Notes: generated from the letters alone by a model not told the origin. DNA of 64,000 bases from Candidatus Poribacteria bacterium (GCA_046582655.1 JAYGDX010000279.1:16007-80006); one strand, 5' to 3'; shown: positions 1-12,500, counted from the stretch's first letter. A program made the numbers and translations.

Positions 1-2727
1 TATCCGGCAGAAGTCATTGCTAACACTATCACTCTAGCCACCCGATGCCAACTCAGCCTTTCATATGGCCAGAACATTATGCCTGAATATAAGGTGCCCG
101 AGGGTCATACAGCCAATAGTTATTTGAAAGATGTATGCTATCAGGGGTTAAATGATCTTATTGAAAGTGAATTGCCAAAAGAGATCCGGGCCCGTATTGA
201 CTATGAACTTTCAGTAATTGGACAAACTGGTTATGCCGGGTATTTCCTGATTGTGTGGGATTATGTCAATTATGCGCGTCACCAGGGATTCCCGCTAAAT
301 GCTCGCGGCTCAGCTGGTGGTAGCCTGGTTCTTTATGCCTTGGGTGTCACAACTTTTAATCCGATGGATTATGGCTGCATTTTTGAAAGGTTCCTTAATC
401 TGGAACGTATTGATATGCCTGATATCGATATCGACTTTGCTCCTGAACACCGAGATCTAGTGATTCAATATCTTATCGATAAATATGGTGCGGAGTCCGT
501 TGGCTACGTTGCTACCTTTAATACCTTAGGAGCTAAGCAAGCAATCAGAGATGTTGGTCGCGTATTGAATATGCCTTTGGGTGAAGTAGATCGACTGGCT
601 AAGCAGATCCCTTTGATCCCTGGGATTACAATTGATGAAGCGTTGGATGAATCACCACAATTTAAAGAAATTGCTGATGAACCGCAAAATGCAGATTTAA
701 TGTATTATGCAACTTCTCTCGAGGGAATCAAACGGCACGTTTCGATTCATGCGTCCGGAATTGTGCTTGCTAATGGAGCACTTACTGATTACGTCCCGCT
801 TTTTAAGGATAAAAACGATCGAATTGCTACCCAGTTTGAGTTGCAGACCTTAGCTAAAGTTGGAATGGTAAAATTCGATTTTTTGGGATTAAGAACATTA
901 TCTGAGGTCCATAATTGCCTGGAGAGAGTCAATAGGAAACATGGCCTTAATCTCAAACTTGAAGACATTCCATTTGATGATGACGAGACTTACAAGCTCA
1001 TCGGCAAAGGTCTTGTGGCGGGGTTGTTTCAGTTGGAAACTTCTCCGGGTATGAAACGCGTCATTATGCAGATCAAACCGGATAAGTTCGAGGATTTTAT
1101 CCCAATTCCTGCGCTTTATAGACCCGGACCACTTGATAGTGGGATGATGGATAGTTTTATTCGACGGAAACTTGGGCTTGAGAAGGTTTCTTATCTGCAT
1201 CCAGTTTTGGAAGAAGTTCTTCGAGAAACGTATGGTGTATGTATCTATCAGGAACAGGTGATGCAAATAGCTCAGGCCATGGCAGGGTTTAGCCTGGGTG
1301 AGGCGGATGTCCTGCGTTACGCTATGGGCAAGAAGAAAGCGGATCTCCTCAGAGAACAGACAGAAAAATTTATCGATGGTTGTATGAAAAATAACATTTC
1401 GAGCAACAAGGCAATTGAAGTTTTTGAGTATCTTCAACCTTTTGGGAGATATGCTTTTAACAAATCACATACAACAGCATATGCGATTTTGTCATATCAG
1501 ATGGCATATCTTAAAACACACTACCCGCGGGAGTTCATGTCATCAATGATGACAGGAGAATCGGCATATAGCGAAAAAATAATGAAATATATGATCGAAT
1601 GTAAGAAACTTGCCGATTTCTTTGGAACAGAGATCCAAGTGCTTCCTCCAGATGTCAACAGCAGCGAAACTACCTTTACAGTAGTTGATCGTGATATTCG
1701 TTTCGGTCTAGCTGCAGTGAAAAATGTGAGTCAAGGCGCGATTCAGGCGATTGTCGATGTCCGAATGAAAGATGGTCCCTTCACCTCACTTCAGGATTTT
1801 TGCCAACGTGTTGATAGTAGCGCAATCAATAAACGTGCGATTGAAAGCCTAGTTATGGCAGGTGCGTTCGATACACTTGGTGATGGACATCGGGCTCAAT
1901 ATCTTGCAAGTCTTGATCAGGCTTTAAAAGCAGCGCAAAGTACGCAAAGTGACATTGCCAAGGGGCAGATGTCGCTGTTTAGTGGTGATGATGATGCTGA
2001 TTCTCAAATCCAATTTGAACTTGAGGAATCAGAAGAAATGAACTATGATGAAAAACTTGATAACGAAAAAGAGATGCTTGGATTTTATCTGTCCGGGCAC
2101 CCGCTTGAACAATACGAAGATTTACTGAAATTCTATGCTACTGTAACATCTGAATCGCTTTATGAGCATCGTTATGACACTGAAGTTTACGCCATAGGAA
2201 TGATTTCTGAAGTTCGAGTTGTAACAACAAAGAAAAGCGGAGATCGAATGGCTATCGTCACCCTTGAGGATCTTGAAGGAGCCATACCCATGGTTATATT
2301 TCCTGAGACTTATGAGGTATCAAGGAGCCTTATTGAGAAAAACAAGGTCATATGGGTTCGTGGAGATATAAGCGTGGATATGCGGAGTAAGAAGACAGAT
2401 GACGATGGGAACGAAATCGACATCCGTCAGATCCAAGTGAACGAAGTTGTGGCCATCGAAGATTTGGTTGAATCAAAGACTTCCTCAGTTGAAATTGTTA
2501 TTCCTAAAGTTACTACCTCTGAACCAATAGAGCAACTGAAAAAATTGTGTGCCAAATATCGGGGAGAGCATGATTTGATTTTGCGGCTTACCAGTTCAAA
2601 ATTTGGAGAAGTTATTGTTCAGTGTGGTGGTAGGTATAAAATCAACGATAGTGAGACAGCTATCAAAGAGATTGAATCGCTTTTTGGAGATAGTACGGTT
2701 CATCGCAGTAATCGAACACATCGTTAA
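1..2727 (+). CDS. dnaE: DNA polymerase III alpha subunit (5' partial)
   Basis: Frame open from base 1; motifs RGSAGGSLV, FERFLNLER, MPDIDIDF, KFDFLGL, YRPGP, YAFNKSH; C-terminal OB fold; no intein visible. Confidence 0.98.
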   Translation, partial: YPAEVIANTITLATRCQLSLSYGQNIMPEYKVPEGHTANSYLKDVCYQGLNDLIESELPKEIRARIDYELSVIGQTGYAGYFLIVWDYVNYARHQGFPLNARGSAGGSLVLYALGVTTFNPMDYGCIFERFLNLERIDMPDIDIDFAPEHRDLVIQYLIDKYGAESVGYVATFNTLGAKQAIRDVGRVLNMPLGEVDRLAKQIPLIPGITIDEALDESPQFKEIADEPQNADLMYYATSLEGIKRHVSIHASGIVLANGALTDYVPLFKDKNDRIATQFELQTLAKVGMVKFDFLGLRTLSEVHNCLERVNRKHGLNLKLEDIPFDDDETYKLIGKGLVAGLFQLETSPGMKRVIMQIKPDKFEDFIPIPALYRPGPLDSGMMDSFIRRKLGLEKVSYLHPVLEEVLRETYGVCIYQEQVMQIAQAMAGFSLGEADVLRYAMGKKKADLLREQTEKFIDGCMKNNISSNKAIEVFEYLQPFGRYAFNKSHTTAYAILSYQMAYLKTHYPREFMSSMMTGESAYSEKIMKYMIECKKLADFFGTEIQVLPPDVNSSETTFTVVDRDIRFGLAAVKNVSQGAIQAIVDVRMKDGPFTSLQDFCQRVDSSAINKRAIESLVMAGAFDTLGDGHRAQYLASLDQALKAAQSTQSDIAKGQMSLFSGDDDADSQIQFELEESEEMNYDEKLDNEKEMLGFYLSGHPLEQYEDLLKFYATVTSESLYEHRYDTEVYAIGMISEVRVVTTKKSGDRMAIVTLEDLEGAIPMVIFPETYEVSRSLIEKNKVIWVRGDISVDMRSKKTDDDGNEIDIRQIQVNEVVAIEDLVESKTSSVEIVIPKVTTSEPIEQLKKLCAKYRGEHDLILRLTSSKFGEVIVQCGGRYKINDSETAIKEIESLFGDSTVHRSNRTHR

Positions 2728-2841
2728 GGGAATCAGCCGTAACATTCTATAAGTTTGAGCTAATCTGTTTCTGTTGTGTAACCAAGAGAGTTTGTGCTAA
2801 GAAGCATCGGCTTTTTAACCGTGATTTTTTGGGAGAAAATT

Positions 2842-4011
2842 ATGTCTAATCTTTTTCAGCCTACACCTGAGGATCAATTTACCTTTGGTCTATGGACAGT
2901 TGGAAATCCTGGGCGAGATCCATTTGGAGATCTAGTCCGTCCAATAATGGAACCTACTTATTCGGTTCAGAAACTCAGCCAACTTGGTGCGTGTGGAGTA
3001 AACCTTCACGATAATGATCTGGTGCCATTTGGCGCATCGGCTAGTAAGCAAGACCAGATTGTCAAGGAATTCAAGCAGGTACTCGAAGATTGCAACATGA
3101 AAGTGCCAATGGCTACGACGAATCTATTTTTTCATCCAGTTTTTAGGGATGGTGCGTTTACTTCCAATAATCCGAAAGTCCGAGCATTTGCCCTGCAAAA
3201 GACAGTCAGATCTATCGATTTGGGTGTCGATTTGGGAGCCAAGATTTACGTGTTCTGGGGTGGTCGCGAAGGGACTGAAGTCGATGCGTCCAAGAATGGT
3301 CCTGATACTGTCAAATGGTTTCGAGAGTCGATTAATTTCTTGGCAGAATATGTAGTGGATCAGGGATATGATCTGAGATTTGCCTTGGAAGCCAAACCGA
3401 ATGAGCCGCGGGCGGATATTTATATGCCGACTACAGGCCATATGCTGCATTTCGTTGAGACATTGGATCGTCCCGAAATGGTTGGTGTGAATCCGGAATT
3501 TGCACATGAAACGATGGCTGGCCTTAATTTTTTGCATGGTGTGATACAAGCTTACGAGGCGGGAAAATTGTTTCATATTGATCTCAACGATCAGAAGATG
3601 GGGCGTTTCGATCAAGATCTTCGTTTCGGATCAGAGAATATCAAGGCTGCGTTCTTTCTGGTCAAATTTTTGGAGGATGTAGAATGGTCAGGTATGCGTC
3701 ACTTCGATGCACATGCGTATCGGACTGAGGATGAACAAGGTGTATGGGACTTCGCTTCCGGCTGTATGCGAACTTATTTGATCCTGAAGGAAAAGGCGCG
3801 ACAGTTCAACGAAGACGCGGAAATTCAAGGTTTGCTGTCAGAAGTTCAGCGACGGGACGAGTCGCTAGAACAGATTGTTACAACCTACAGCAGCGGAAAT
3901 GTCGAGGCTCTTCAAGCAATCGATTTTCAACCTGACAAGATAGCAGAGAAAGGCCACTCCTACGAAAAACTCGATCAGTTGACAGTCGAACTGTTGCTTG
4001 GTGTTAGGTAG
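2842..4011 (+). CDS. xylA: Xylose isomerase (class I)
   Basis: [54 protein letters not shown] 2842 after GGGAG. Confidence 0.95.
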   Translation: MSNLFQPTPEDQFTFGLWTVGNPGRDPFGDLVRPIMEPTYSVQKLSQLGACGVNLHDNDLVPFGASASKQDQIVKEFKQVLEDCNMKVPMATTNLFFHPVFRDGAFTSNNPKVRAFALQKTVRSIDLGVDLGAKIYVFWGGREGTEVDASKNGPDTVKWFRESINFLAEYVVDQGYDLRFALEAKPNEPRADIYMPTTGHMLHFVETLDRPEMVGVNPEFAHETMAGLNFLHGVIQAYEAGKLFHIDLNDQKMGRFDQDLRFGSENIKAAFFLVKFLEDVEWSGMRHFDAHAYRTEDEQGVWDFASGCMRTYLILKEKARQFNEDAEIQGLLSEVQRRDESLEQIVTTYSSGNVEALQAIDFQPDKIAEKGHSYEKLDQLTVELLLGVR

Positions 4012-4130
4012 GGTTGTCTTAGTGCCTTATATTTTGTTATTTGCCATCAGCTACATTGGATTATATCGTGTCTCTGTTTTAAGGTGTTTTTTTTATTGCT
4101 CATAACTTAATTTCGTAAGAGGTTGAAAAT

Positions 4131-5168
4131 ATGTACAAATGTGCTTTTTTAGGATGTGGCGGGCGCGCGCGAGGTCACGCGCAGGCTTACCAACATGTTA
4201 AAGGTGGTGAAATTGTTGCTATCTGCGACATGAATGAAGAATTGCTTAATTCTTTTGGAGATGATTTCAAGATTGAGAATCGGTATACTGACATCCACCA
4301 GATGCTGGATCGGGAATGTCCGGATTTGTTGCATATTGTCACCGCTCCAATATTACGTTCAACTGGCGAACCAATCCGTCACTCCTTGATGAGCATTGCC
4401 TCAGAACATGAGGTGCCCGCAGCAATCGTTGAAAAACCGATTGCTGTTCAATCGGAAGATTGGCGTAATTTAATGGATCTCTGTCAAAATACCCAGACAA
4501 AGTTTGTAGTTAATACGCAACTTAATTTTCATCCGCGTAATTTGGAACTTAAGCGTAATGTTAATAATGGACAAATTGGAGATATCAAGTTCATCGATGC
4601 CAGTGCTAGATCAACACCGTTAGATCAAGGTCCTCACGTACTGCAGCTAGTTTCTTCCTATATTGATAATTCGCAACCTGTAAAGGTCTTCGGGCAAGTG
4701 TCAGGCGGTGATCACCTAGGGGGGGCACAGCCTTCTCCGGGGAATGCTGCAGCCTCTGTCATGTACGAAAATGGGGTTCGAGCCTCAGTTGCGTTTGGTA
4801 CCGAAGGAGCAGCAAAAATCAACGATAGTGATTCTGTTTTTTATCATAAACGCGTTGCTGTCTTCGGTACGCGCGGTTTTACGCATTGGCAGATGGCAGG
4901 TTGGGAACGCAGTACCCCGGAGGGCGGATATGAAAGTGGATTGCACAGTTATGGTGAACAGGATCTTCTAGGGCAGGCAGGACTTACCGAAGCGGTGTTC
5001 GCATGGCTTGATGATGAGGATCAGGTTCATCCAACCCATCTGGCTCAATCTTTAGCGGAATTTAACCTGCTCATGGGGATTTACGCTAGTGCGTTGAGGC
5101 ATGAACCAATTCAACTGCCATTTGAGCCTCCCGACGGTTTGATGGACTCTCTGAAAAAAATTCTTTAA
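4131..5168 (+). CDS. Gfo/Idh/MocA family oxidoreductase
   Basis: N-terminal FLGCGGRA Rossmann motif and VEKPIA motif. Confidence 0.9.
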   Translation: MYKCAFLGCGGRARGHAQAYQHVKGGEIVAICDMNEELLNSFGDDFKIENRYTDIHQMLDRECPDLLHIVTAPILRSTGEPIRHSLMSIASEHEVPAAIVEKPIAVQSEDWRNLMDLCQNTQTKFVVNTQLNFHPRNLELKRNVNNGQIGDIKFIDASARSTPLDQGPHVLQLVSSYIDNSQPVKVFGQVSGGDHLGGAQPSPGNAAASVMYENGVRASVAFGTEGAAKINDSDSVFYHKRVAVFGTRGFTHWQMAGWERSTPEGGYESGLHSYGEQDLLGQAGLTEAVFAWLDDEDQVHPTHLAQSLAEFNLLMGIYASALRHEPIQLPFEPPDGLMDSLKKIL

Positions 5169-5181
5169 GAACAATAACACT

Positions 5182-5898
5182 GTGCGATTGACAGAACAAC
5201 AGATTAATCAATACAATGCATTTGGTTTCGTTGTTATTTGTGGTGTGTTTGAATCATTGGCTGTTGGTATGATTGAACACTATATGAAAATGCGGGCTGA
5301 GGGACCGAAACCTGGTGATACTGGCGGAACAATGGATGTTCCTAACGATCCCAATCACGAGTTTCCACGCATGATCAATATGCACGATTGGGATCAATCA
5401 ACACAATATTGGGCAACTGCATCAGACCTCATTCATATAGCTGGAGAGCTAATAGATGATAAACCGGTTCTTTGTCAGACGATGCTCTACTTTAAACCTC
5501 CGGGAGGTCGTGGCCAAGCACTTCACCAAGACCAGCAATATATTACGATTGATCCCCTGATAGGTGTTTGGGTCGCGCTAGATGAATCTGATCAATCTGT
5601 TGGTCAAATGATTGTCATCCCAAAGTCACATCAGTATGGATTGCTTGAGGTGGAACCAGCCGATACATCCGTCTCTTTTACCAATGTTCAATCAGTTATA
5701 CCTCAAGATGCCGAACAAGTTGGTTTGGATATGGAGCCGGGGGATGTGCTGTTTTTCGATGGCAAGATGATCCATGGTTCTTACCGGAATGCTACCACAG
5801 ACCGATGGAGGCGGAGTTTCATCTGTCACTACATTGGTGAAAACAGTCAAAGCTTTGTCGCGTCTCAGGATAAACATGTATCACACTTGAAAGCCTGA
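5182..5898 (+). CDS. Phytanoyl-CoA dioxygenase (PhyH) family Fe(II)/2OG dioxygenase
   Basis: KPPGG..ALHQD, VWVALD, IPKSH, GDVLFF..IHGS..N, RR motifs. Confidence 0.92.
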   Translation: MRLTEQQINQYNAFGFVVICGVFESLAVGMIEHYMKMRAEGPKPGDTGGTMDVPNDPNHEFPRMINMHDWDQSTQYWATASDLIHIAGELIDDKPVLCQTMLYFKPPGGRGQALHQDQQYITIDPLIGVWVALDESDQSVGQMIVIPKSHQYGLLEVEPADTSVSFTNVQSVIPQDAEQVGLDMEPGDVLFFDGKMIHGSYRNATTDRWRRSFICHYIGENSQSFVASQDKHVSHLKA

Positions 5899-6002
5899 AG
5901 TTATTTAAGCTTTTACATATGTAGTGTTTGGTGGTTTAGGCCTTACTAAGGTACCGTTTTCTAATACGCAAAGATCTCAACTGTGTTAAACAAGGTTAGT
6001 TT

Positions 6003-7901
6003 ATGGATACGCTGATAGTAGCTGTACTGAGCTTTGCTGGTTTTATTGTTGCTTATTATACCTATGGTCGATGGATCGCTAACAAGATTTTTGGGCTTGA
6101 GGATCAAGCTGTCCCTCCGAGTCGAGAGTTGCAGGATGGTATCGATTATGTGCCAACTAAGAGAGGGGTTGTTTTCGGTCACCATTTCACCAGTATTGCT
6201 GGTACTGGACCGATTGTTGGACCGGCAATTGCCGTGTTTTGGGGATGGTTGCCAGCGTTGCTTTGGGTCGTTCTGGGATCAATCTTTATTGGCGCGGTTC
6301 ATGATTTTGGTGCCTTAGTAGTTTCATTGAGAAATCGTGGTCAGACGCTTGGTGAGGTGGCTGGTCGAATGATCACCCCCCGCGCAAAAATGTTATTTCT
6401 ATTGATTTTGCTGTTGTCGCTAACTGTGGTGTTAGCAATTTTCGGCTTGGTGATTGCTGTTATTTTTGCTCTTTATCCTGAATCAGTATTATCCGTTTTA
6501 ATCGAAATCCCGTTGGCCATTGCCATCGGCTTCTGGATCCATCGTGCTGGAAAAAGTCTCTTGATACCATCACTGATCGCACTTGGTGTGATGTATGCTG
6601 CCATGTATGTAGGTGCCTATCACTTTCAGATTGATCTTGGAGCATGGTTTAAGATCCCCTTATTTGGTGATACTTTGGCGAGCGTGGTTGTTGTCTGGAC
6701 TTTGGTTTTGTTTGTTTACTGTTTTATCGCATCGGTGTTGCCAGTTTGGATTTTGCTGCAACCTCGTGACTACATTAATAGCCATGAATTGATTGTCGCA
6801 CTGCTATTACTTGTTGTAGGATTGGCATTTGCCGGGATCACTGGTCATGCTGATCTTATCGGATCCACACCAGCCATTGCCAGCGATATACCACCTGATG
6901 CTCCACCTATCATGCCGTTTCTTTTTATCACTATTGCCTGTGGGGCAATTAGTGGTTTTCATTGTTTAGTTAGTTCGGGAACTTCAAGTAAGCAGGTTCA
7001 GTCTGAAGGGGACGCTCAGTATATTGGCTATGGTGCGATGTTGCTTGAAGGTGGGTTGGCAACAATTGTGATTTTGTCCTGCTGTGCCGGAATCGGTATG
7101 GGGCTTTTTACCCGGATTAACACGGACGAAGGATCTTATTTCTATCAGGAAACTGTTAGTCGGGAAACTGGCCAGCATATAAGAGGTCGTGAAGCTTGGA
7201 TGATGCGTTATTCATCCCGAATTGAGATGATCGAAAACCCTGATGGTACAATCAGAAAAGTGGGTGGCTGGGCTAATCACGGACTGGGACAGAAAGTGGG
7301 TGCTTTCATTGACGGTGGGGGGAATTTCTTAACTAGTGTGGGAATTCCGCTTAAAATGAGTATCGTAATTATGGCAGTTTTAGTAGCTAGTTTTGCCGCT
7401 ACTACGCTTGATTCGGCAACTCGGCTTCAGCGATATGTCATCCAAGAAATTGGGTTGTCACTGCAAGTTCAGCTATTAGGTAACCGCTATATTGCAACAG
7501 CAGTTGCTTTAATCTTGGGAGGCATTGTGGCTCTTCTTCCTGGTCCGAAAGGGCTTGGTAGTGGTGGTTTAATTCTCTGGCCTCTTTTTGGTGCAACAAA
7601 CCAACTTCTGGCCGGCCTTGCCTTTATGGTCATCGTTTTTTATTTAATTCGTCGAAACAAGCCAATTTGGTTTGCAGTGGTGCCGATGATATTAATGATC
7701 ATCATGCCGGCATGGGCAATGATGTGGAATATGTTCGCTCCGGACACGGGTTGGTATTTTACCGGGAATTATCTGTTACTGGGGGTTGGAATAAGTATTC
7801 AGGCTTTGCAAATATGGATGATTATTGAAGGTTTAATCGCATTGCAAACGGCACGTGGGAACTATCCTGAACTTCCACCAATCGTTGATCTCGCTAGATA
7901 A
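6003..7901 (+). CDS. cstA: Carbon starvation protein CstA family transporter
   Basis: DGIDYVPT, FGHHFTSIAGTGPIVGP, LLQPRDYINS, ITIACGAISGFH, TTLDSATRL, WPLFGATNQLLA. Confidence 0.95.
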   Translation: MDTLIVAVLSFAGFIVAYYTYGRWIANKIFGLEDQAVPPSRELQDGIDYVPTKRGVVFGHHFTSIAGTGPIVGPAIAVFWGWLPALLWVVLGSIFIGAVHDFGALVVSLRNRGQTLGEVAGRMITPRAKMLFLLILLLSLTVVLAIFGLVIAVIFALYPESVLSVLIEIPLAIAIGFWIHRAGKSLLIPSLIALGVMYAAMYVGAYHFQIDLGAWFKIPLFGDTLASVVVVWTLVLFVYCFIASVLPVWILLQPRDYINSHELIVALLLLVVGLAFAGITGHADLIGSTPAIASDIPPDAPPIMPFLFITIACGAISGFHCLVSSGTSSKQVQSEGDAQYIGYGAMLLEGGLATIVILSCCAGIGMGLFTRINTDEGSYFYQETVSRETGQHIRGREAWMMRYSSRIEMIENPDGTIRKVGGWANHGLGQKVGAFIDGGGNFLTSVGIPLKMSIVIMAVLVASFAATTLDSATRLQRYVIQEIGLSLQVQLLGNRYIATAVALILGGIVALLPGPKGLGSGGLILWPLFGATNQLLAGLAFMVIVFYLIRRNKPIWFAVVPMILMIIMPAWAMMWNMFAPDTGWYFTGNYLLLGVGISIQALQIWMIIEGLIALQTARGNYPELPPIVDLAR

Positions 7902-8054
7902 CGAAAGCTCCAACTGCCGTTTTAGTCGGAGTTGGGTCTTGAACCCAGATTGATTGTCATAAAGTTGACCATCAGTACCAGGCTCTTTTCTGATTGACAT
8001 AGTAATTAGCCCAATGATAGAATCTGCAGGTTGTTCATACTTTCCTGAGGAGAG

Positions 8055-9035
8055 TTGCGATTGAAAGCCGCTCAAATTGTTGGTCATCGCAAATTTGATA
8101 TTGTTGATGTAGATACTCCTGATATATCATCTGATCCACAAGGGACAGTTCTCATTAAATCATATCAAAGTGCCATTTGTGGAAGTGATATGCCCCACTT
8201 TGACCTGAAGCATCCTGAGGAGTCCTACCCGTTATCACTGGGACTATCTATCCACGAATGTGTCGGAACAATCGCGGATAGCAGTTCTAACCATTTTGAT
8301 ACAGGTGATATGGTACTTTCAATTCCTCGTAAATTTGGTCTTTCAGAGTATTTTGTCTCTAATGAAAGTGTGACAATCCCGCTTCCAGATAAGTCGGTGT
8401 ATAGTTATGAAACAGATCATATCTTGATGTCACAACCACTTGGCACAGTAATATGGGCCTGTAGAAAACTTGGCAATCTGTTACATCAGGACACAGTTAT
8501 TGTCGGTCAAGGTCCTATGGGATTATTATTTTCGCACATGCTGAGCAATCTGGGTGTGAGTACTGTAATTGCAATTGATCAACTGGATTACCGATTGTCA
8601 ATTTCCAAGCAAATGCGAGCAACCTATGTAGTTAATTCTAAAACGGAAAATCCCGTTGAAATTGTCAAAGAGATTACCAATGGCAAAATGGCAGATCTGG
8701 TTGTAGAGATGGTGGGTCATCAAACAGAAACAATTAATGATTGCTTGGATCTTGTAAAGCGAGGTGGTACAATCCTTGCCTTTGGCGTGCCGGACGATAA
8801 TAACTACAATTTCAGATATGGAGATTTTTTTAGACGAAACATCCATCTAATAAGCACTGTAGGACCGGAAGAGCTAAAGGATTATCCTTTAGCAATGGAT
8901 TTCATTGTTCAAGGGCGAATCAATGTCGCACCAATTATTACACACCATCTGCCGTTTTCTGAAGTCCAGCGTGGATTTGACCTGTTTTCTTATCGGCAGG
9001 ATGAAGCAGTTAAGGTTGTTTTTGATTTTGACTAA
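8055..9035 (+). CDS. Zinc-binding (MDR) alcohol/polyol dehydrogenase
   Basis: ICGSD, HECVG, GQGPMG, ITHHLPF; TTG start after GAGGAG; no structural-Zn Cys loop. Confidence 0.9.
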   Translation: MRLKAAQIVGHRKFDIVDVDTPDISSDPQGTVLIKSYQSAICGSDMPHFDLKHPEESYPLSLGLSIHECVGTIADSSSNHFDTGDMVLSIPRKFGLSEYFVSNESVTIPLPDKSVYSYETDHILMSQPLGTVIWACRKLGNLLHQDTVIVGQGPMGLLFSHMLSNLGVSTVIAIDQLDYRLSISKQMRATYVVNSKTENPVEIVKEITNGKMADLVVEMVGHQTETINDCLDLVKRGGTILAFGVPDDNNYNFRYGDFFRRNIHLISTVGPEELKDYPLAMDFIVQGRINVAPIITHHLPFSEVQRGFDLFSYRQDEAVKVVFDFD

Positions 9036-9064
9036 AAATGTAGAGTAGAGGGATAAGCGGTAGA

Positions 9065-9421
9065 ATGGGAAAAGAAATTTTAAGAGGATTGGTGCTGTGG
9101 GTGAGATGTCTTATTTGGGCGGTTGTTCTTGCAATTCCTTTCGTTTGGGTCTGGCAAGCCCATCCGGGACCGGGACAAGAACTGGGACCACTGTGGGAGT
9201 GGTTGGAAGCTGATTCGTCCGTACAAGGTTATGCGAAGATCATTGTAGTTGTCATTGGGTTAGTCTGGTTTGTTTCTGGGGTGATTTTTCTAGTAGGTTC
9301 ATTTTTGAAGGCCACGATTGATTTAAATCTGGATACCGCAGAAGAAGCATTGATAGAGGAAAGCGACCACGCAGAGCACGCACGCGAACAATTAATTATG
9401 CAGGAGAAAATCACAGATTAG
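9065..9421 (+). CDS. Small hypothetical membrane protein
   Basis: Two hydrophobic helices and an acidic tail; co-directional with the upstream gene. Confidence 0.6.
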   Translation: MGKEILRGLVLWVRCLIWAVVLAIPFVWVWQAHPGPGQELGPLWEWLEADSSVQGYAKIIVVVIGLVWFVSGVIFLVGSFLKATIDLNLDTAEEALIEESDHAEHAREQLIMQEKITD

Positions 9422-9563
9422 TTTTCCTCGCCTGTTTCTATCTTTCACTTCGAATTAAAGTGTAGTTAGTTTCTTTGTCAAAACACTTTTTCTGGAAGTT
9501 ATGTTCTTCTTCATCGAAGCACCTCTATAAACGTTGTTTAGTGCCTTTACCATTCCTTTGATA

Positions 9564-12500
9564 TTAGAAGGCCAGTTTGAAGTTATGCTGACCAGTTAGT
9601 ACCATAAACTCAACAAAGTCATTTGTGAAGGGGAAATCAACCTCCTGCCCATTTATGGTTAGATCTATTGGACGTTGTTTGTTTGGCAACATCAGACGCG
9701 TGTAGCGAGCCTCGCCGTTTCCGGAACCAGTTACATTTCTCGTCTTGATGTTTACTCGCACTGAAGTTGGTCCTCCTGAATCGTTCTCAAGCACTAGGCC
9801 ATCGAGCTGTGGGCTTTCCCGCCGTCTGTGGAGAGCAACGTTATTGATCTCGTATGCCCATCCCTGCGTAATACACCGACTTTCCCCTGGAACGTTGCGT
9901 CTGCCTCCTGAACGTTTACTGGTTGATTTGACAGCACCACATAATGTGTCCAGGTATTAGTTCGAATACATGTTCCTGATATTCCCCAGGCTTTAACCTC
10001 AGGTTGTTTCTCATTTCTAAGCCGAGGATAGAGAAGTACCATATAGTTACCTCCAGAATTTTGTTGTAACTGATAGAGCTTTTGCCGATAGAAGCCGTAA
10101 ACGCTCTCAGTAGGTCCGTATGCCCCTGTTACAATATCTTGTCAGGTATTAGGGAATAGACATCTAGATTAACGTCATACTTTCCTTTGAAGTGTGCCTC
10201 TATGGTGTTATTGCCCAACTCCATAGACTCCGCCAGACACCAGATATTCCAGTCTGAAGGAAGTTCTGTGTCAATGTTGTCTTGGAAAAGGAAGTAATTC
10301 GGTTTCTCAGGGTTTTGGTCTTTGACAAATAGCATTCGACGTTGCCACGTGATGGGGTCTACGTCTCTGATTTCTGGTTTGTAGTACCTTCCTTAAACTT
10401 GCGAGGGCTAGAGAGCACCAATCTTCCTGCGCCTTCAACAGGCAACAGTTTGGGGAAACGGGCTAGCGGATTGGAGGTCCATTCACCAGCAATTAGGTCG
10501 GCATCAGCAAGACTTACCCATTCCCGCATGTGGCCAGTGTTACTAGGCCATTCGTTTAGACTCATCGAAGGTGGGTCGATTTGCCATCCACCGTTGCATG
10601 GTTGCATTAGGAAAGCCATTATGTTGCCCTACATCCCAAGAGCGGATGCCAAAAACAAGACAAAGTGGTTTCCCCTTAGTGTGGAGATGAAAACCACCTT
10701 CAGCATTGTACCATCCTGGCTTGCCGAGTTGCATAGCCATAAAGGTTTCTCTATCTGTTCCAACACCACTACGCATGACAGCCCCCATTGTTTGAAATAG
10801 GAACTGGAGAGGAATTCAGGTCTTGAGGTGGGCAGATGGGGATTGATCCAGCCGAGGCTCATCCAGCCGTAGTCGGAGCGATCACTAATCTTCATACCCA
10901 CAGGCATTCCCGCACGTTTCCAGTAATACTGCATTCGTTCTGAAAAATTGGGATGGCTCTCCTTCATCATGTATGCAGCAATCCTCCATACGGCCGAACG
11001 GTTCCAAGTTGCTTGCCCATTGCCCGAAAGGCGCAATATATCCGGCATTGCAATGTGGATCGGTAGGAGTCAGAAGTTGTCCATAGAAATCTAGGCCATA
11101 TTTGTATCGTAGATCGTCAAAGACATTATGGAATCCTGCGGTTTTCAAGAACACCCCTGCTTGCGTGATCATGTCAAGGGTCAGATGGCCATACCATTCG
11201 TCCTGTGTGGTATCTGGCAGATGATGGTTGCTTTCCAAAGACACATTAATTCCTTTGATGGCGCTCTTTGCCCATTCTTCAGCCATTGGATGGGTTTTCA
11301 GCAAGCAGCCAATCTTTCCCAGCGTCGTGTACACACCTAGTGTCATGTTCGTGTTTCCCATATTATAGCCGCGTTCCACCGGCCAGAAGGCATCATGGGA
11401 ATACAGATACCCCAAAAATGCAAGTTGAGACAGTATTTTTTGTTTTCCTTCTGTGAAATGGCACGCCCACCAAGCACGCAGTCAACTTCTCTCAGGATCA
11501 TTGGGATTGCCCCGACCGTTAGGGTATATCCCCTGTCATCGCTGGTTCCAAAGCCTTTGAGCGTTTGATGAATGTGATGATCCAATTTGTGTTGGACCAA
11601 GATGAGGAGATCCTGCAGGTAGGATTCATCACCTGTAACAAGATAGATATTATCCAGACCACGCGGGTAGGTTTTGAACTCGTGGTAAAAGGGGAAATTC
11701 GGATCGTTGCTGGCGCGGTAGTCGTTCCAACGTTTTAGAAGCCATTTGGTGTTCTCGCTGACTACCTCGAGTTCAGCAAGACATTCGCGAACTTCGTCCA
11801 ATTTTTCTGTGCTCTTATAGATATGTGGAAACGAGAGGTTTCCCTGTTCCCAATTAAGAATCCAATCCTTAACATCGTTTAGTGACACCACACCATACTT
11901 ATTGTTGGGCAATCTGAGGAGGCCGAACGTATCGTTTCCCCAATTGTTCTTGGTCAGGATCCGCTGGCAACGGCACGACATTCCCAGCCTGCTCCACGTA
12001 GAGCGCCCAGCGTCGCGCACCGCCATTGATGGGGAAAACGCAATACGGCTTTCCTTCCGAATCGCTTTCCAAAACTGGCACGTTTTCCTGTGGTCGCAGC
12101 CAGTTCCCCGGACGAAAAGCAAGAACACCAACAAACAGGCCTATGTTGCTATGATGGTATACTCCAGCCCAATGGGAAGCATTCAGCCACCATTCACCGC
12201 AGTGGGATGGATAGAGAGTAATCAGAGGTTCGTCAGGTATTATAGGGAAAGTACGCCTAGGTTCGTTAGGCACAGAGGTTCTTTCCCAGACTTGCTGCAT
12301 CGGGTTCCAGGCAACTCGATTAGGCATCCATCTCTCACCATGCAAAGACAAAGTCCAGAAACTGCCTTTCTCCCGCATTTTCTGTCCAAAAACCTTCTTA
12401 GTATAGTTCCCGGCGGGAGTTCCTTCCGGAGTTACGCTAACAAGAAACGTAGCCTGCTCGTTTAAATCCATGGAGTCTGTGACCAACACGACTTCCTGAC

